Origin: Candidatus Melainabacteria bacterium
GTDB lineage: Bacteria; Cyanobacteriota; Vampirovibrionia; LMEP-6097
Direction of reading: 5' to 3'
Assembly: GCA_005110385.1 (NCBI GenBank)
Contig: DUDT01000013.1
Coordinates: 22,136-86,135, forward strand
Length of the DNA: 64,000 nucleotides
Each line of letters begins with the position of its first letter. The stretch's first letter is position 1. The notes under the pieces are model-generated. The model saw only the letters and a list, made by a program, of their open reading frames with translations. It made no database searches and had not been told where the DNA came from. Positions 10,947-21,243 of this stretch are shown in pieces. A program made the position numbers and the translations under genes.

Positions 10947-11786
10947 ATGACTCTTGAAGATCACAACAGCAGCCAGCTTTATTTATCCAATGAAGCCCAA
11001 GAAAGTAAAGAAATATTCTCAAGCCTTTTGGGTGATATTAAATCGGAGCTTAAAGTTTTAGCCGAGAAACAGGAACATAAAGTTTCTCCGGAATTTAGTG
11101 CCTTAATGGATGGTTATGTTATCAAAGCCAATGAGAGTGAGACGTTAAGAGTTAAGTATCAACATGTGGAAAATCACTATGAAGAACTTAAACTAGAGCT
11201 AAAAACACAGAAAGCACAAAATCGCCAACTCGGTTCTGACCTCGATTCAGTGCGTGAAGCATTGAAACTGTCTGAATTAGAGCTATCTAAATTCAAAAGA
11301 GATTTCGATCACACTAGACAAGACTTTCAAGACAAATCTGATTCTTTACAAAATGAGAAAGAAGCCTTACTCAGAAAAATAAAAGATTTAATGACTTGGA
11401 AAGAGACAACTGAGCAACTTTGTAATGACATGAAAGCAGAGCTTGTTGAATATAATCACAAAATCAAGCAACTTCAACAAGAAAATTTAATCGAAAAACA
11501 GACAGCTGAAAGAAGCCTCAGAGAGGATCAAAAAATCATTCAAGAACTCAAAGAGCAGCTTGAACTCAGAGAGAGAGAAGCTAGTTACAAAAATGCACTT
11601 ATCGAACAGCTTGTTAGACAGACCGCCCAAGCTAATGGTCATAGCTCAATCAACGATATCAATAGTGTTTTAAAAGGGATGGGCAATTTCCCGTCCGCAA
11701 ATGCCAATCCAGAAAGCACTTATGGCAATAACGGTGACGATGACGAGACTACTAAAAAATTCAAATGGGGAGCTTTCAGGCTTTAA
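10947..11786 (+). CDS. Hypothetical coiled-coil protein
   Basis: Long heptad region; short KKFKWGAFRL tail could be a membrane-targeting helix. Confidence 0.75.
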   Translation: MTLEDHNSSQLYLSNEAQESKEIFSSLLGDIKSELKVLAEKQEHKVSPEFSALMDGYVIKANESETLRVKYQHVENHYEELKLELKTQKAQNRQLGSDLDSVREALKLSELELSKFKRDFDHTRQDFQDKSDSLQNEKEALLRKIKDLMTWKETTEQLCNDMKAELVEYNHKIKQLQQENLIEKQTAERSLREDQKIIQELKEQLELREREASYKNALIEQLVRQTAQANGHSSINDINSVLKGMGNFPSANANPESTYGNNGDDDETTKKFKWGAFRL

Positions 11787-11795
11787 ATTCATGGC

Positions 11796-12932
11796 TTGCC
11801 AATGCTAGTCTATCCTCCAGAAGGACATGATACTGATAGTAAGAGAATTTTTGTGCTTGGCTCTGCTAAGTCGTTTTGTTTAATAAACGATTCTAATATT
11901 AGGCTTGAAGGAAATGGTAATTTCTGCAAATTAATCCAACTTAAGCTTGGTGAAAATAAAATAAAAATCAATATAGACGGCAACTCCCTTACTCGCACTA
12001 TTTATGCTTTCCCTAATCCTAATAAAAATCCAAGCCCTATAGCTTATGCTCGCCCTTACCAAGCTTTTAGCAAAGGCATAAAGCTAGACAATATCTTACA
12101 GAGCATCTTAATAAGTAATAAAGATATTGCCATCCCATTGAACTCACTCCCAGACTACACACTAGAAAAAATTAACGCTTATAACTACAGATTGAATTTA
12201 AGTATTGTCGAACAAGATTTAGACTGGATTCACTATTCAGATTTAAATCCTGAAATAAAAATAGAAAAAATCTCAGATACGGTCTTTGATATTAGATTTC
12301 AAAAGCCCGTAAGCAAGTACAAAATTCTATTTAATAACCATGTTTTCAAGATATCTTTTACCTTTAAAGTAAAGCCTTTTCTCATTTGCATAGACCCTGG
12401 CCACGGCGGCTCTCAATTTGGAGCTATCTCCCCGAAAGGCATATTTGAAAAAGATTTAAATTTAAGCCTAGCTATAAAACTGGCAGCAGAATTAAATCAT
12501 CAAGGAGTAAAAACCATACTTACTCGGAATCATGATATGGAGAAGAGTTTAAGTGAACGTGTAAAGATCTCTAAGAAAAATAATTGCAATTTATTTATTT
12601 CCCTACACCATAACGCGCTGCCAGACGGCAGAGATCCAAATAAAGAAAGTGGTTTCTCCTGTCATTATTTCCATGAACATAGCTTTGAGCTCGCCAAGTT
12701 TATTTCCCTTAAACTAAAAGCCGCATCTTTACAGCATTTTGCTGGAATTTATAAACAAAATCTTCACGTACTTAGAGAAAACCCTGATACCCCAAGTGTT
12801 TTAATCGAGCTTGGGTATCTTATTCATCCACTAGAGTCAGATTTGCTCTGCAAAAAAAGCTTTCAAACTAAAACTGCTCGAATATTAGCTAAGGCGTTGT
12901 TAGAATTCCATAGAAGTCAAAATTTTCAATGA
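11796..12932 (+). CDS. N-acetylmuramoyl-L-alanine amidase (Amidase_3)
   Basis: IDPGHGG, EKDLNL, FISLHHNA, VLIELGY. Confidence 0.92.
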   Translation: MPMLVYPPEGHDTDSKRIFVLGSAKSFCLINDSNIRLEGNGNFCKLIQLKLGENKIKINIDGNSLTRTIYAFPNPNKNPSPIAYARPYQAFSKGIKLDNILQSILISNKDIAIPLNSLPDYTLEKINAYNYRLNLSIVEQDLDWIHYSDLNPEIKIEKISDTVFDIRFQKPVSKYKILFNNHVFKISFTFKVKPFLICIDPGHGGSQFGAISPKGIFEKDLNLSLAIKLAAELNHQGVKTILTRNHDMEKSLSERVKISKKNNCNLFISLHHNALPDGRDPNKESGFSCHYFHEHSFELAKFISLKLKAASLQHFAGIYKQNLHVLRENPDTPSVLIELGYLIHPLESDLLCKKSFQTKTARILAKALLEFHRSQNFQ

Positions 12933-13029
12933 ATCATCAATTAATGCTTTAAAAACATAAAATCTTCACTATTAAATAAAAAAACGTTTAAGTCACTAGC
13001 GTATTGTAAAATAGTAATAATATATCATC

Positions 13030-14538
13030 ATGTCAGCTTATTTCGATGCACTAATCATCGGTTCAGGTATTGCAGGGCTTAATCTTGCAAGGAAGCTTGC
13101 ACAAGCAGGGCAGACAGTTTTTGTATGCTCAAAAGAAGCAGTAACAGAGGGTTCTAGTAAATATGCACAAGGCGGTGTAGCTGTAGTTAGTCCTTGGAAC
13201 CCAGAAGATAAACTTGAAAGTCACATCCAAGATACTTTAAGTGCTGGAAAAGGTCTATGTGATTCTAAAATAGTGGAAGCTGTTCTAAGTAATGCTTGGG
13301 AGCGAGTAGAGGAATTTATTGGTTTAGGAGTTAAATTTGATAAAGATTTTTACCTAGAAGGATCTCACAGCTTTAAAAGGGTTTTACATGTAGCTGATGC
13401 CACTGGCAGGGCGTTATTAAAGCCATTATTAGATAATGTCTCTTGTAATCTTAATATAGCGATTTCCCAAGGAACTGAAGCTATTTCACTTTTAAAAAAC
13501 GGTGATGAAGTAGTCGGAGCTAGACTAAAGACTGTTTCTGGAGAACTTTTTGACATAAACGCAGCTCAAACTATTTTAGCCACTGGTGGCTTTGCCTCTC
13601 TATATAAAGATCACACTACGCCTCGTATTTTAACAGGAGACGGTCTTGCACTTGCTTATGCTGCCGGAGCAGCCCTAGAAAACCTAGAATTCATACAGTT
13701 TCACCCCACCGTTTTTTTTAATGGCTCTAAGCCATTTTTAATTTCAGAAGTCGTAAGAGGAGCTGGAGCTGTACTTAAAAACATTTTCAAACAGAGCTTT
13801 ATGGAAGCCTATGATATTAAAGCTGAACTGGCGACAAGGGACATAGTCAGTAGGGCAATAGCCGAAGAAATGAAAAAGACTGAAGCTGATTATGTCTATT
13901 TAGACATGACTTACTGGTCTAAAAAAGATTTAGAGGAGAAATTCCCAAATATTTACCATCACTGCGAGTTAAGTGGTTACGATCTTAGCCAAGACCTTCT
14001 GCCTGTACGCCCCGCAGCTCACTACTGCATCGGAGGTATCAAGACTGATATTCATGGCAGAACTAATGTAAAAGGCCTTTATGCTATCGGTGAATGTGCC
14101 TATACTGGCTTACATGGAGCTAATCGACTAGCGAGTAATTCATTACTCGAGTGCATAGTAATGCCAGAGTTTTTAGCTAATTCCATTCTAGGTACCGAAT
14201 TTACTAAATCTAATAGACCAGGAGAACCCTGCGAAGATGTAAATGCTGCGCTAAGCTACAGTGAAATCAATGCTGAAGAAGAAAACCTGAAAAATATTCA
14301 AAACATTATGACCAAAGGTCTTGGCATCGAAAGAAATGCAAATGAATTAAAAAGCTGCTTGAATGATCTAAAAAACTGCACTGAAGCAAGTAAAGCAAGA
14401 GTGGTCGCGGAATTAGCCTTCGAATCTGCTCTTAAGCGTGAAGAAAGTAGAGGCTGTCATTTTCGCAGTGATTTTCCTAAAGCTAATTCAAAATATATAA
14501 ACAATACCCTAATTCAGAAATCATTAAAAACCCACTGA
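13030..14538 (+). CDS. nadB: L-aspartate oxidase
   Basis: GSGIAG, YAQGG, EFIQFHPT, GLHGANRLASNSLLEC, REESRGCHFRSDFP. Confidence 0.95.
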   Translation: MSAYFDALIIGSGIAGLNLARKLAQAGQTVFVCSKEAVTEGSSKYAQGGVAVVSPWNPEDKLESHIQDTLSAGKGLCDSKIVEAVLSNAWERVEEFIGLGVKFDKDFYLEGSHSFKRVLHVADATGRALLKPLLDNVSCNLNIAISQGTEAISLLKNGDEVVGARLKTVSGELFDINAAQTILATGGFASLYKDHTTPRILTGDGLALAYAAGAALENLEFIQFHPTVFFNGSKPFLISEVVRGAGAVLKNIFKQSFMEAYDIKAELATRDIVSRAIAEEMKKTEADYVYLDMTYWSKKDLEEKFPNIYHHCELSGYDLSQDLLPVRPAAHYCIGGIKTDIHGRTNVKGLYAIGECAYTGLHGANRLASNSLLECIVMPEFLANSILGTEFTKSNRPGEPCEDVNAALSYSEINAEEENLKNIQNIMTKGLGIERNANELKSCLNDLKNCTEASKARVVAELAFESALKREESRGCHFRSDFPKANSKYINNTLIQKSLKTH

Positions 14539-14576
14539 TTATCAACTAGTTCACGCTAAAATATAACGCAGAGATT

Positions 14577-16190
14577 ATGCCCTTAAACGCCTTTCCTAAA
14601 GTAAAAACCAGAATAGCACCTAGCCCAACAGGTAATCTTCACTTAGGTACCGTCAGAACAGCTCTCTATAACGTGCTTTTCGCTAAAAAGCACCAAGGTG
14701 AATTTTTCTTTAGACTTGAAGATACTGATAGACAAAGAAGTGAAGAACAGTTTACTCAAGAAATCTTAGAAGGTTTTAAATGGTTAAATATCTCTTGGGA
14801 TAAGCCAGGAGGACGTGTAACCGAACGAACAAGTTCAAGGCTAAGGAGGACGAATGACCGCAGTGTACTGGGTGTACATGAGGATCATAAGGACGACGAA
14901 AACGCAGAAATTGGAGTTCCGTTACACGCCCCAGAAACTCTCATAGGCTTAGGTGAAGATGGGATAGTCAGACAATCCCTCAGAGAAGCTGTGCATAACA
15001 GTTATATAGAAAGATTAATTAACGAGGGTAAAGCTTATAGATGCTTTGCGACAGTAGAAGAATTAGACGCTATGCGTGAAGCTCAGAAAGCTCGTAAAGA
15101 GATAGAAAAATATGATAATCGCTCAAGAGCTATTTCCAAAGATGATTCAGAAAAATTATTTAGAGAAGGTAAACCATATGTTGTTAGATTAAATCTAGGT
15201 GAAGATCACGTGATCACTTGGCTGGATTTAATCAGGGGTGAAGTATCCATTAATACTAAAGATCTAGGTGGAGACCCAGTTATTCAGAAATCTACAGGGC
15301 AGGTTCTCTATAATTTTGCAGTAGTGATAGATGACTATGAAATGCAGATCTCACATATCCTGAGAGGAGAAGATCATATAAGTAACACAGCGAAACAGAT
15401 CGCTATTTATGAAGCTTTAGATTTTCCTATTCCCGAATTCGGTCACCTGCCTTTAATTTTCACGAAAGATAAACAGAAGCTCTCTAAACGTAAACATGGT
15501 GATATCGCTTCAGTTAAGACTTATCAAGCACAAGGCTATTTAGCAGAGGCACTAGTGAACTATCTTTTGGGCACTAGTTATAATTCAGCGAAATATGGTG
15601 AAATATTTACTATCCCTGAAGCTGCTGAAGATTTCGAAATAACTAGTGTTAGTAAAAGCCCGGCTATCTATGATATTCAAAAATTAAACTGGTATAACCG
15701 TGACTACATAAGTAAACTAAACTACCAAGAAATATTAACTTATGTTTCGAGATTTTCAAAATTCGATTTGGAAAATAGCTCTCTGTTCAATTCATCTCAA
15801 ATCCAGTCAATAATTGAATCTACTAAAGAAAGTCTTGATAAATTTGAACAGATAGATGAACATATTAACTATTTTTTTGAAGATTTTAAACTTAATGATA
15901 TTACTTTAGTTACGATCGCCGAAGAAGGTAAAGAAGTTATCCATGAATTCATATCCCTTATCGAAAGTGGTTCTCTAGATTTTACTGATCAAAATTCAAT
16001 TAAAAATGGTATTAATGCTATTGGTGCAAAATTAAACCTCAAAGGCAAAAAACTATTTTTCCCAATTCGTGTAGCCATTAGTGCAAAAACTAGTGGGCCT
16101 GAACTAGGATTTATCGCAGTACTTTTAGGTAAAGAGAAGATCGTCGAAAGATTAAATTTAGCCTTACTAGAAACCTCACACAGACACTAA
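14577..16190 (+). CDS. gltX: Glutamate--tRNA ligase with an in-frame palindromic insertion
   Basis: RIAPSPTGNLHLG, LEDTD, RGEDH, KLSKR; ~41 extra residues after ISWD. Confidence 0.97.
   Translation: MPLNAFPKVKTRIAPSPTGNLHLGTVRTALYNVLFAKKHQGEFFFRLEDTDRQRSEEQFTQEILEGFKWLNISWDKPGGRVTERTSSRLRRTNDRSVLGVHEDHKDDENAEIGVPLHAPETLIGLGEDGIVRQSLREAVHNSYIERLINEGKAYRCFATVEELDAMREAQKARKEIEKYDNRSRAISKDDSEKLFREGKPYVVRLNLGEDHVITWLDLIRGEVSINTKDLGGDPVIQKSTGQVLYNFAVVIDDYEMQISHILRGEDHISNTAKQIAIYEALDFPIPEFGHLPLIFTKDKQKLSKRKHGDIASVKTYQAQGYLAEALVNYLLGTSYNSAKYGEIFTIPEAAEDFEITSVSKSPAIYDIQKLNWYNRDYISKLNYQEILTYVSRFSKFDLENSSLFNSSQIQSIIESTKESLDKFEQIDEHINYFFEDFKLNDITLVTIAEEGKEVIHEFISLIESGSLDFTDQNSIKNGINAIGAKLNLKGKKLFFPIRVAISAKTSGPELGFIAVLLGKEKIVERLNLALLETSHRH
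14810..14932 (+). mobile_element. Full-length palindromic element (MITE/RPE-like) inserted in frame in gltX
   Basis: Terminal inverted repeat GGACGTGTAACCGAAC / GTTCCGTTACACGCCC; highly similar to the copy at 47691-47815. Confidence 0.88.
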
Positions 16191-16191
16191 T

Positions 16192-17214
16192 ATGAACAAT
16201 AAAAAATATAACGTAGCGATACTAGGAGCCACAGGTAATGTCGGTAGGCTTTTATTAGATATTTTAATCAAAAGAGATTTCCCTTTTAATCAGCTCAAAC
16301 TATTAGCTAGCGAAAGATCTGCTGGCACAGTCATTCAAGACCGCAATGGCATAGATTACACTGTTGAAGCCGTCAATTCCAATTCTTTTGCTGGAATCGA
16401 CATAGTACTTGCATCTGCTGGATCTTCTATTAGTAAGCAATTTTCAGAAGATATAGTAAAAGCTGGTGCTGTTTTAATAGATAATTCGAGTGCCTTTAGA
16501 ATGGATGAAAATGTGCCACTCGTAGTACCAGAAGTTAATCCTGAAGCTTTAAAACTACATCAAGGAATTATCGCTAATCCTAACTGTTCTACAGCTCCAC
16601 TGGTCTGTGTCTTAAAACCACTACAGGATTACTACGGCATCGAAAGAGTAGTAGTAAGTACTTATCAAAGCATCTCTGGTGCTGGAAAAGCAGCCATGGA
16701 AGAGTTGATAGAGACTACACAGAAGGCTATTAATAAAGAACCTTTTGAAAATATAACTATCAATCAAAAACTTGCCTTTAATTTAATTCCTCAAATAGAT
16801 GTTTTTTTAGATAACGGTTACACCAAAGAAGAAATGAAAGTGATCCTAGAGAGCAGAAAAATCCTAGAATTACCAGAACTTAAAATCACTTGCACCGCAG
16901 TCAGAGTCCCCGTTTTAATATGCCACAGCGAAAGCATTAATATAGAACTCAAGAAAAGCTCTGATACAAAGGAGTTTAAAGAAGTTATTTCTAAAAACCC
17001 TAATATAAAAGTCATTGATAGTCCTGATGAGAAAATTTATCCTATGCCGATATTAGCTCAGGGTAAAGATTCTACTTTTGTCGGTAGGATTAGAAAAGAC
17101 GAAAGTAGAGAAAATACTTTTAATATTTGGTTAGTCTCTGATAATTTACGTAAAGGTGCTGCCTTAAATACAGTACAAATCGCAGAATCCATGATAAAAC
17201 AAGGTATAATATAA
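16192..17214 (+). CDS. asd: Aspartate-semialdehyde dehydrogenase
   Basis: GATGNVG, DNSSAFRM, ANPNCST, DNLRKGAALN. Confidence 0.97.
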   Translation: MNNKKYNVAILGATGNVGRLLLDILIKRDFPFNQLKLLASERSAGTVIQDRNGIDYTVEAVNSNSFAGIDIVLASAGSSISKQFSEDIVKAGAVLIDNSSAFRMDENVPLVVPEVNPEALKLHQGIIANPNCSTAPLVCVLKPLQDYYGIERVVVSTYQSISGAGKAAMEELIETTQKAINKEPFENITINQKLAFNLIPQIDVFLDNGYTKEEMKVILESRKILELPELKITCTAVRVPVLICHSESINIELKKSSDTKEFKEVISKNPNIKVIDSPDEKIYPMPILAQGKDSTFVGRIRKDESRENTFNIWLVSDNLRKGAALNTVQIAESMIKQGII

Positions 17215-17246
17215 GAATTCAGGTTTTATAAAGTAGACTTAAGTTA

Positions 17247-18167
17247 ATGATTAATTTCGGCTCACTAATTACAGCAATGGTAACTCCCTTTAAGGAAGAT
17301 GATATTAATCGCATAGATTATATCGCTGCTGAAAACATAATCGCACACTTAGTAAAGACTGGTACTGATTCGATAATCATCTCTGGTACTACTGGTGAAA
17401 GACCGACGCTCACGCATCAAGAGGAAGAAGATTTTCTTGATTTCACTTTAAAAAAAGTAAAGGAACTTAATCAAGGCACTAGAGTTATCTTCGGAGCTGG
17501 TTCTAACTGTACAAGAACAGCTATTCACTCTGCTAAACGAGCAGAGGAGCTTGGCGCAGATGGCATACTACTCGTAGTACCTTATTACAATAAGCCTAAC
17601 CAAGAGGGTCTTATTAAACATTTTAACGAAATATCCTCTAGCACTTCTTTGCCCATTATTCTTTATAATGTTCCAGCAAGGTCAGTAGTGAGCCTCACCG
17701 CAGAATCAATTATTGAATTAGTTTCTAATAATCCTAATATCGTTGCACTGAAGGAAGCTAGCAGTAATTTCGATTTAATCAGCACTATAAGACAGAAGTT
17801 TTCTTCTAACGCTTTAAAGATTTATTCAGGTGAAGACACTTTAATTTTACCGATGATGAGCATAGGCGCAGATGGCATTATATCCGTCTGTTCGCATGTA
17901 GTCGGCAAGCAGATGAAAGATATGATACTAGCTTTCCAAAGCGGGAATAATGAACTAGCTAAGCGAATTCATTTAAGAATTTTCCCTGTAATGAAAGCGA
18001 TATTCTCAGATACTAATCCGATTGGCATTAAAGCTGCATTAGCTGGCATAGAGCTGTGTTCAGCAGAGTTAAGAAGCCCGATGGTTTCTTTACCTAAAGA
18101 AAAACAGCTCGAGTATAGTAAATTAATTAAAGAAGTTTTAGAAGTAGCAGAGGCAGATTTAGTCTGA
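17247..18167 (+). CDS. dapA: 4-hydroxy-tetrahydrodipicolinate synthase
   Basis: TAMVTPF, GTTGE, PYYNKP, LYNVP, KEAS. Confidence 0.96.
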   Translation: MINFGSLITAMVTPFKEDDINRIDYIAAENIIAHLVKTGTDSIIISGTTGERPTLTHQEEEDFLDFTLKKVKELNQGTRVIFGAGSNCTRTAIHSAKRAEELGADGILLVVPYYNKPNQEGLIKHFNEISSSTSLPIILYNVPARSVVSLTAESIIELVSNNPNIVALKEASSNFDLISTIRQKFSSNALKIYSGEDTLILPMMSIGADGIISVCSHVVGKQMKDMILAFQSGNNELAKRIHLRIFPVMKAIFSDTNPIGIKAALAGIELCSAELRSPMVSLPKEKQLEYSKLIKEVLEVAEADLV

Positions 18168-19996
18168 GTAAAATAACCAACCAAACAAGAAGAATTCTTA
18201 AATCTAGCAGCGGTGAAATCAAGACCGTTACTAAGACGATTAAGCACGACTCTAGTCAAATAACTTATGATCCAAGCAAAAAAGTAAAAGTAATTGCCCT
18301 TGGTGGTTTATTTGAAATCGGAAAAAATACTTGGATCTTTGAATGTGGTGACGATATTATGCTTGTCGATGCTGGACTCGCCTTCCCGACAGCAAGCATG
18401 ATAGGAGTAGATATAGTACTTCCTAAAATTAATTATTTAGTCGCTAACAAAGATCGCATCAGAGGCATGATAGTGACCCATGGTCATGAAGATCATATTG
18501 GCGGTATAGTACCGATGCTTAGGGAAATTAATATTCCGATTATTTATGCACCTGGTCTAGCTTATGCTTTAATTCAAAGTAAACTCAAAGAAGCGAATAT
18601 ACTACACCAAAAGATGGTCTGGACTAAAGCTAGAGATAGAGTACAGATTGGTCAACATTTTTCAGTTCAATATATAAGAAATAATCATAGTATCGCAGAT
18701 AGCTACTGCCTAATCATCGATACACCAGCAGGCAGAATCGTACATAGTGGTGATTTTAAATTCGACCACAGCCCAGTAGAGAACCAGTATTTCGACATTC
18801 GCAGCTTAGCTGCGGCTGGAGAGTCTGGCGTAGACCTGCTTATAAGCGATAGCACCAATGCAGAAAGAGCTGGCTATACACCATCAGAAAAAGCTGTTAT
18901 ACCTAAGCTTAAAGAAATGATCTTTAATTCTAAAAAGAAATTATTTATCACGACCTTTGCAAGCCAAGTAAGTCGTGTGAAAATCGTCTTACAGCTTGCT
19001 CTGCAAGCTAATAAGAAAGTAACCATATTTGGTAGATCGATGGTTAACCTCGCTAATATCTCTAAGGAACTGGGTTTCATTTCCATACCTGATAATTTCA
19101 TAATCAAGCAAGAAGAAGTTAATAAAATCCCTCCAGAAGATCTAGTTATCTTGACGACAGGCAGTCAGGGAGAGCAGTTCGCAGCCCTTTCTCGTATCGC
19201 CCGTAATGAGCATAAATACGTAAAAATACAAGCTGGAGATCAAGTGCTGATAAGTGCTTCACCCATACCAGGTAATGAAAAATCTGTTAACCATCTAATA
19301 GATAGTTTATTTGCTCGCGGTGCTGATGTTATCTATGGACTAGGCCAAACTATTCATGTCTCTGGCCACGCTAGCCAAGAAGAACAGAAAATGCTTTTAA
19401 ATCTCTGCAAACCAGTTAACTTTATGCCTTGTCACGGTGAATATCGAATGCTGCTTAAGCATGGTGAAACTGGGATGAAATGCGGAGTTAATCCAGACAA
19501 TATTTTCGTACTTGACAACGGCGATATTCTTGAGATGCAGGATGGTAAATGTTCTATTAAAGAGAGAGTCGATTCTGGTATAGTTCTGGTCGATAACGAC
19601 AATGTCGGCAGGCTGGATGAGGACATCATCCTAGAAAGAAAAATGATCTTAAGTGATGGTTTTATATTAATCGTTGTTAACATTAACGCTTACGGTCAGT
19701 ACAGCGCTGAGCCTAAATTAAATACCAAGGGTATACTGCTACCGCTTGGTTTTAATGAAAAAAGCTTTAAAAAAGAACTGATCAGCTTAACTCACGAAGC
19801 ACTTGAAAGCATTATAGATAAAGAAAAGCCATCTTCTATAGACAATTTAGATAAGTTTTCACTAAAACTACAGAGCATTATTTCTTCTAAAATTTATAAT
19901 TTCCTTGATAATAGAACTCGTAGATATCCACTGCTTGAAGTTGTGGTTTTAGGTAATCATGGTGCGGTAAAACCCGTAGTCGCTGGTTTAAACTAG
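18164..19996 (+). CDS. rnj: Ribonuclease J; start inferred at CTG 18164
   Basis: THGHEDHIG, HVSGH, PCHGEYR; conserved ALGGLFEIGKN lies in frame upstream of the ORF-track ATG at 18359. Confidence 0.93.
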   Translation: MSKITNQTRRILKSSSGEIKTVTKTIKHDSSQITYDPSKKVKVIALGGLFEIGKNTWIFECGDDIMLVDAGLAFPTASMIGVDIVLPKINYLVANKDRIRGMIVTHGHEDHIGGIVPMLREINIPIIYAPGLAYALIQSKLKEANILHQKMVWTKARDRVQIGQHFSVQYIRNNHSIADSYCLIIDTPAGRIVHSGDFKFDHSPVENQYFDIRSLAAAGESGVDLLISDSTNAERAGYTPSEKAVIPKLKEMIFNSKKKLFITTFASQVSRVKIVLQLALQANKKVTIFGRSMVNLANISKELGFISIPDNFIIKQEEVNKIPPEDLVILTTGSQGEQFAALSRIARNEHKYVKIQAGDQVLISASPIPGNEKSVNHLIDSLFARGADVIYGLGQTIHVSGHASQEEQKMLLNLCKPVNFMPCHGEYRMLLKHGETGMKCGVNPDNIFVLDNGDILEMQDGKCSIKERVDSGIVLVDNDNVGRLDEDIILERKMILSDGFILIVVNINAYGQYSAEPKLNTKGILLPLGFNEKSFKKELISLTHEALESIIDKEKPSSIDNLDKFSLKLQSIISSKIYNFLDNRTRRYPLLEVVVLGNHGAVKPVVAGLN

Positions 19997-20055
19997 GGGA
20001 CTGCCCGCAAACTCCAATTTCTGCGTTTTCCTTGTTCGTTTGTGAGCAGTCCCCT
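19995..20055 (-). repeat. Internally deleted element copy with a different terminal stem; likely rnj 3' hairpin
   Basis: AGGGGACTGCCCGCAAAC / GTTTGTGAGCAGTCCCCT enclosing TCCAATTTCTGCGTTTTC-CTTGTTC. Confidence 0.85.
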
Positions 20056-20058
20056 TCG

Positions 20059-20102
20059 GGTACTATTACCGAACTTCAATTTCTGCGTTCAGTCATAATA
20101 CC
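20059..20102 (-). repeat. Short degenerate element copy with another stem
   Basis: GGTACTATTACCGAAC-TTCAATTTCTGC-GTTCAGTCATAATACC; imperfect stem. Confidence 0.7.
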
Positions 20103-20135
20103 GTGCTAAAATTAGGCTTTTGAGGAGTAAAACTA

Positions 20136-21173
20136 ATGCCTGTAGCTAACTATAAACAATACGTTGAAATGCTCGATAGAGCTAAAAAAGATAAATACGC
20201 ATATCCTGCGGTAAATATAACTTCACTTGCCACTATCAGTGCGACTTTAAAAGCTTTTGCTGATGCTAAGTCTGATGGTATCATCCAAGTTTCCACTGGT
20301 GGAGCTGAATTCGCTTCAGGTCTAGCACAAAAAAATATGGTTTTAGGAGCAACAGTGCTTGCTGAAGCTATTCATACTTTAGCTGAAAAATATGATATTT
20401 TAGTCGCTATCCACACTGACCACTGTCAGCCAGGGAAAGTAGATTCTTTCTTAAAGCCACTTATCGCAAAAACAGCAGAGAGAAGGGCTAAAGGCTTACC
20501 TAATCTATTTAACTCTCATATGTTTGATGGTTCTGAACTTTCGACTAAAGAGAACATCGCTATCGCTAAAGAACTTATTAAACTCTGTAACGATAACGAA
20601 ATTATTTTAGAAGTAGAAACTGGTGTAGTCGGCGGCGAAGAAGATGGAGTGGATAACTCTGGTCATTCTAATGAAAAGCTTTATACGACACCAGAAGACA
20701 TGCTTTACGTTTGGGAAGAATTAAGCCCGATTAACGAAAGATTTATGCTAGCTGCTACTTTCGGAAACGTGCATGGTGTCTATAAACCAGGTAACGTAAA
20801 ACTTACACCTAGCATCCTTAAAGAAGGTCAGGCTGCGGTTAAAGCTAAATTTGGGAAAGAACACCTATTAGTATTTCATGGTGGCTCTGGTTCTGATTTA
20901 AGTGATATTCACGAAACTTTAGAATATGGCGTTATTAAAATGAACATAGACACTGATACTCAGTATGCTTTCACTAGACCTATAGTGGAGCATATGTTTA
21001 AAAACTATGATGGCGTTCTTAAAATCGAAGGCGAAGTAGGTAATAAAAAAGTTTATGATCCAAGATCTTACTTGAAGAAAGCTGAAGAAGGCATGGCTGC
21101 GAGAATTAGCCAAGCTTGTGCAGATCTTAAATCTTCTGGTAAATCAATTTATAAATCTTTAGTTACGGCTTAG
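20136..21173 (+). CDS. fbaA: Class II fructose-bisphosphate aldolase
   Basis: HTDHC, SHMFDGS, FGNVHGVYKPG, FHGGSG, NIDTD; GAGGAG RBS and TGCTAAAAT upstream. Confidence 0.97.
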   Translation: MPVANYKQYVEMLDRAKKDKYAYPAVNITSLATISATLKAFADAKSDGIIQVSTGGAEFASGLAQKNMVLGATVLAEAIHTLAEKYDILVAIHTDHCQPGKVDSFLKPLIAKTAERRAKGLPNLFNSHMFDGSELSTKENIAIAKELIKLCNDNEIILEVETGVVGGEEDGVDNSGHSNEKLYTTPEDMLYVWEELSPINERFMLAATFGNVHGVYKPGNVKLTPSILKEGQAAVKAKFGKEHLLVFHGGSGSDLSDIHETLEYGVIKMNIDTDTQYAFTRPIVEHMFKNYDGVLKIEGEVGNKKVYDPRSYLKKAEEGMAARISQACADLKSSGKSIYKSLVTA

Positions 21174-21198
21174 TTTTTAAATTATTAAAAAATAATAC

Positions 21199-21240
21199 AA
21201 AATCACCTTGAAATGTGTTAATATATTTTAAGGTGATTTT
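21199..21240 (+). terminator. Hairpin after fbaA that also covers the RBS of the next ORF
   Basis: AAAATCACCTT..AAGGTGATTTT inverted repeat, extendable with G-U pairs. Confidence 0.55.
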
Positions 21241-21243
21241 ATT

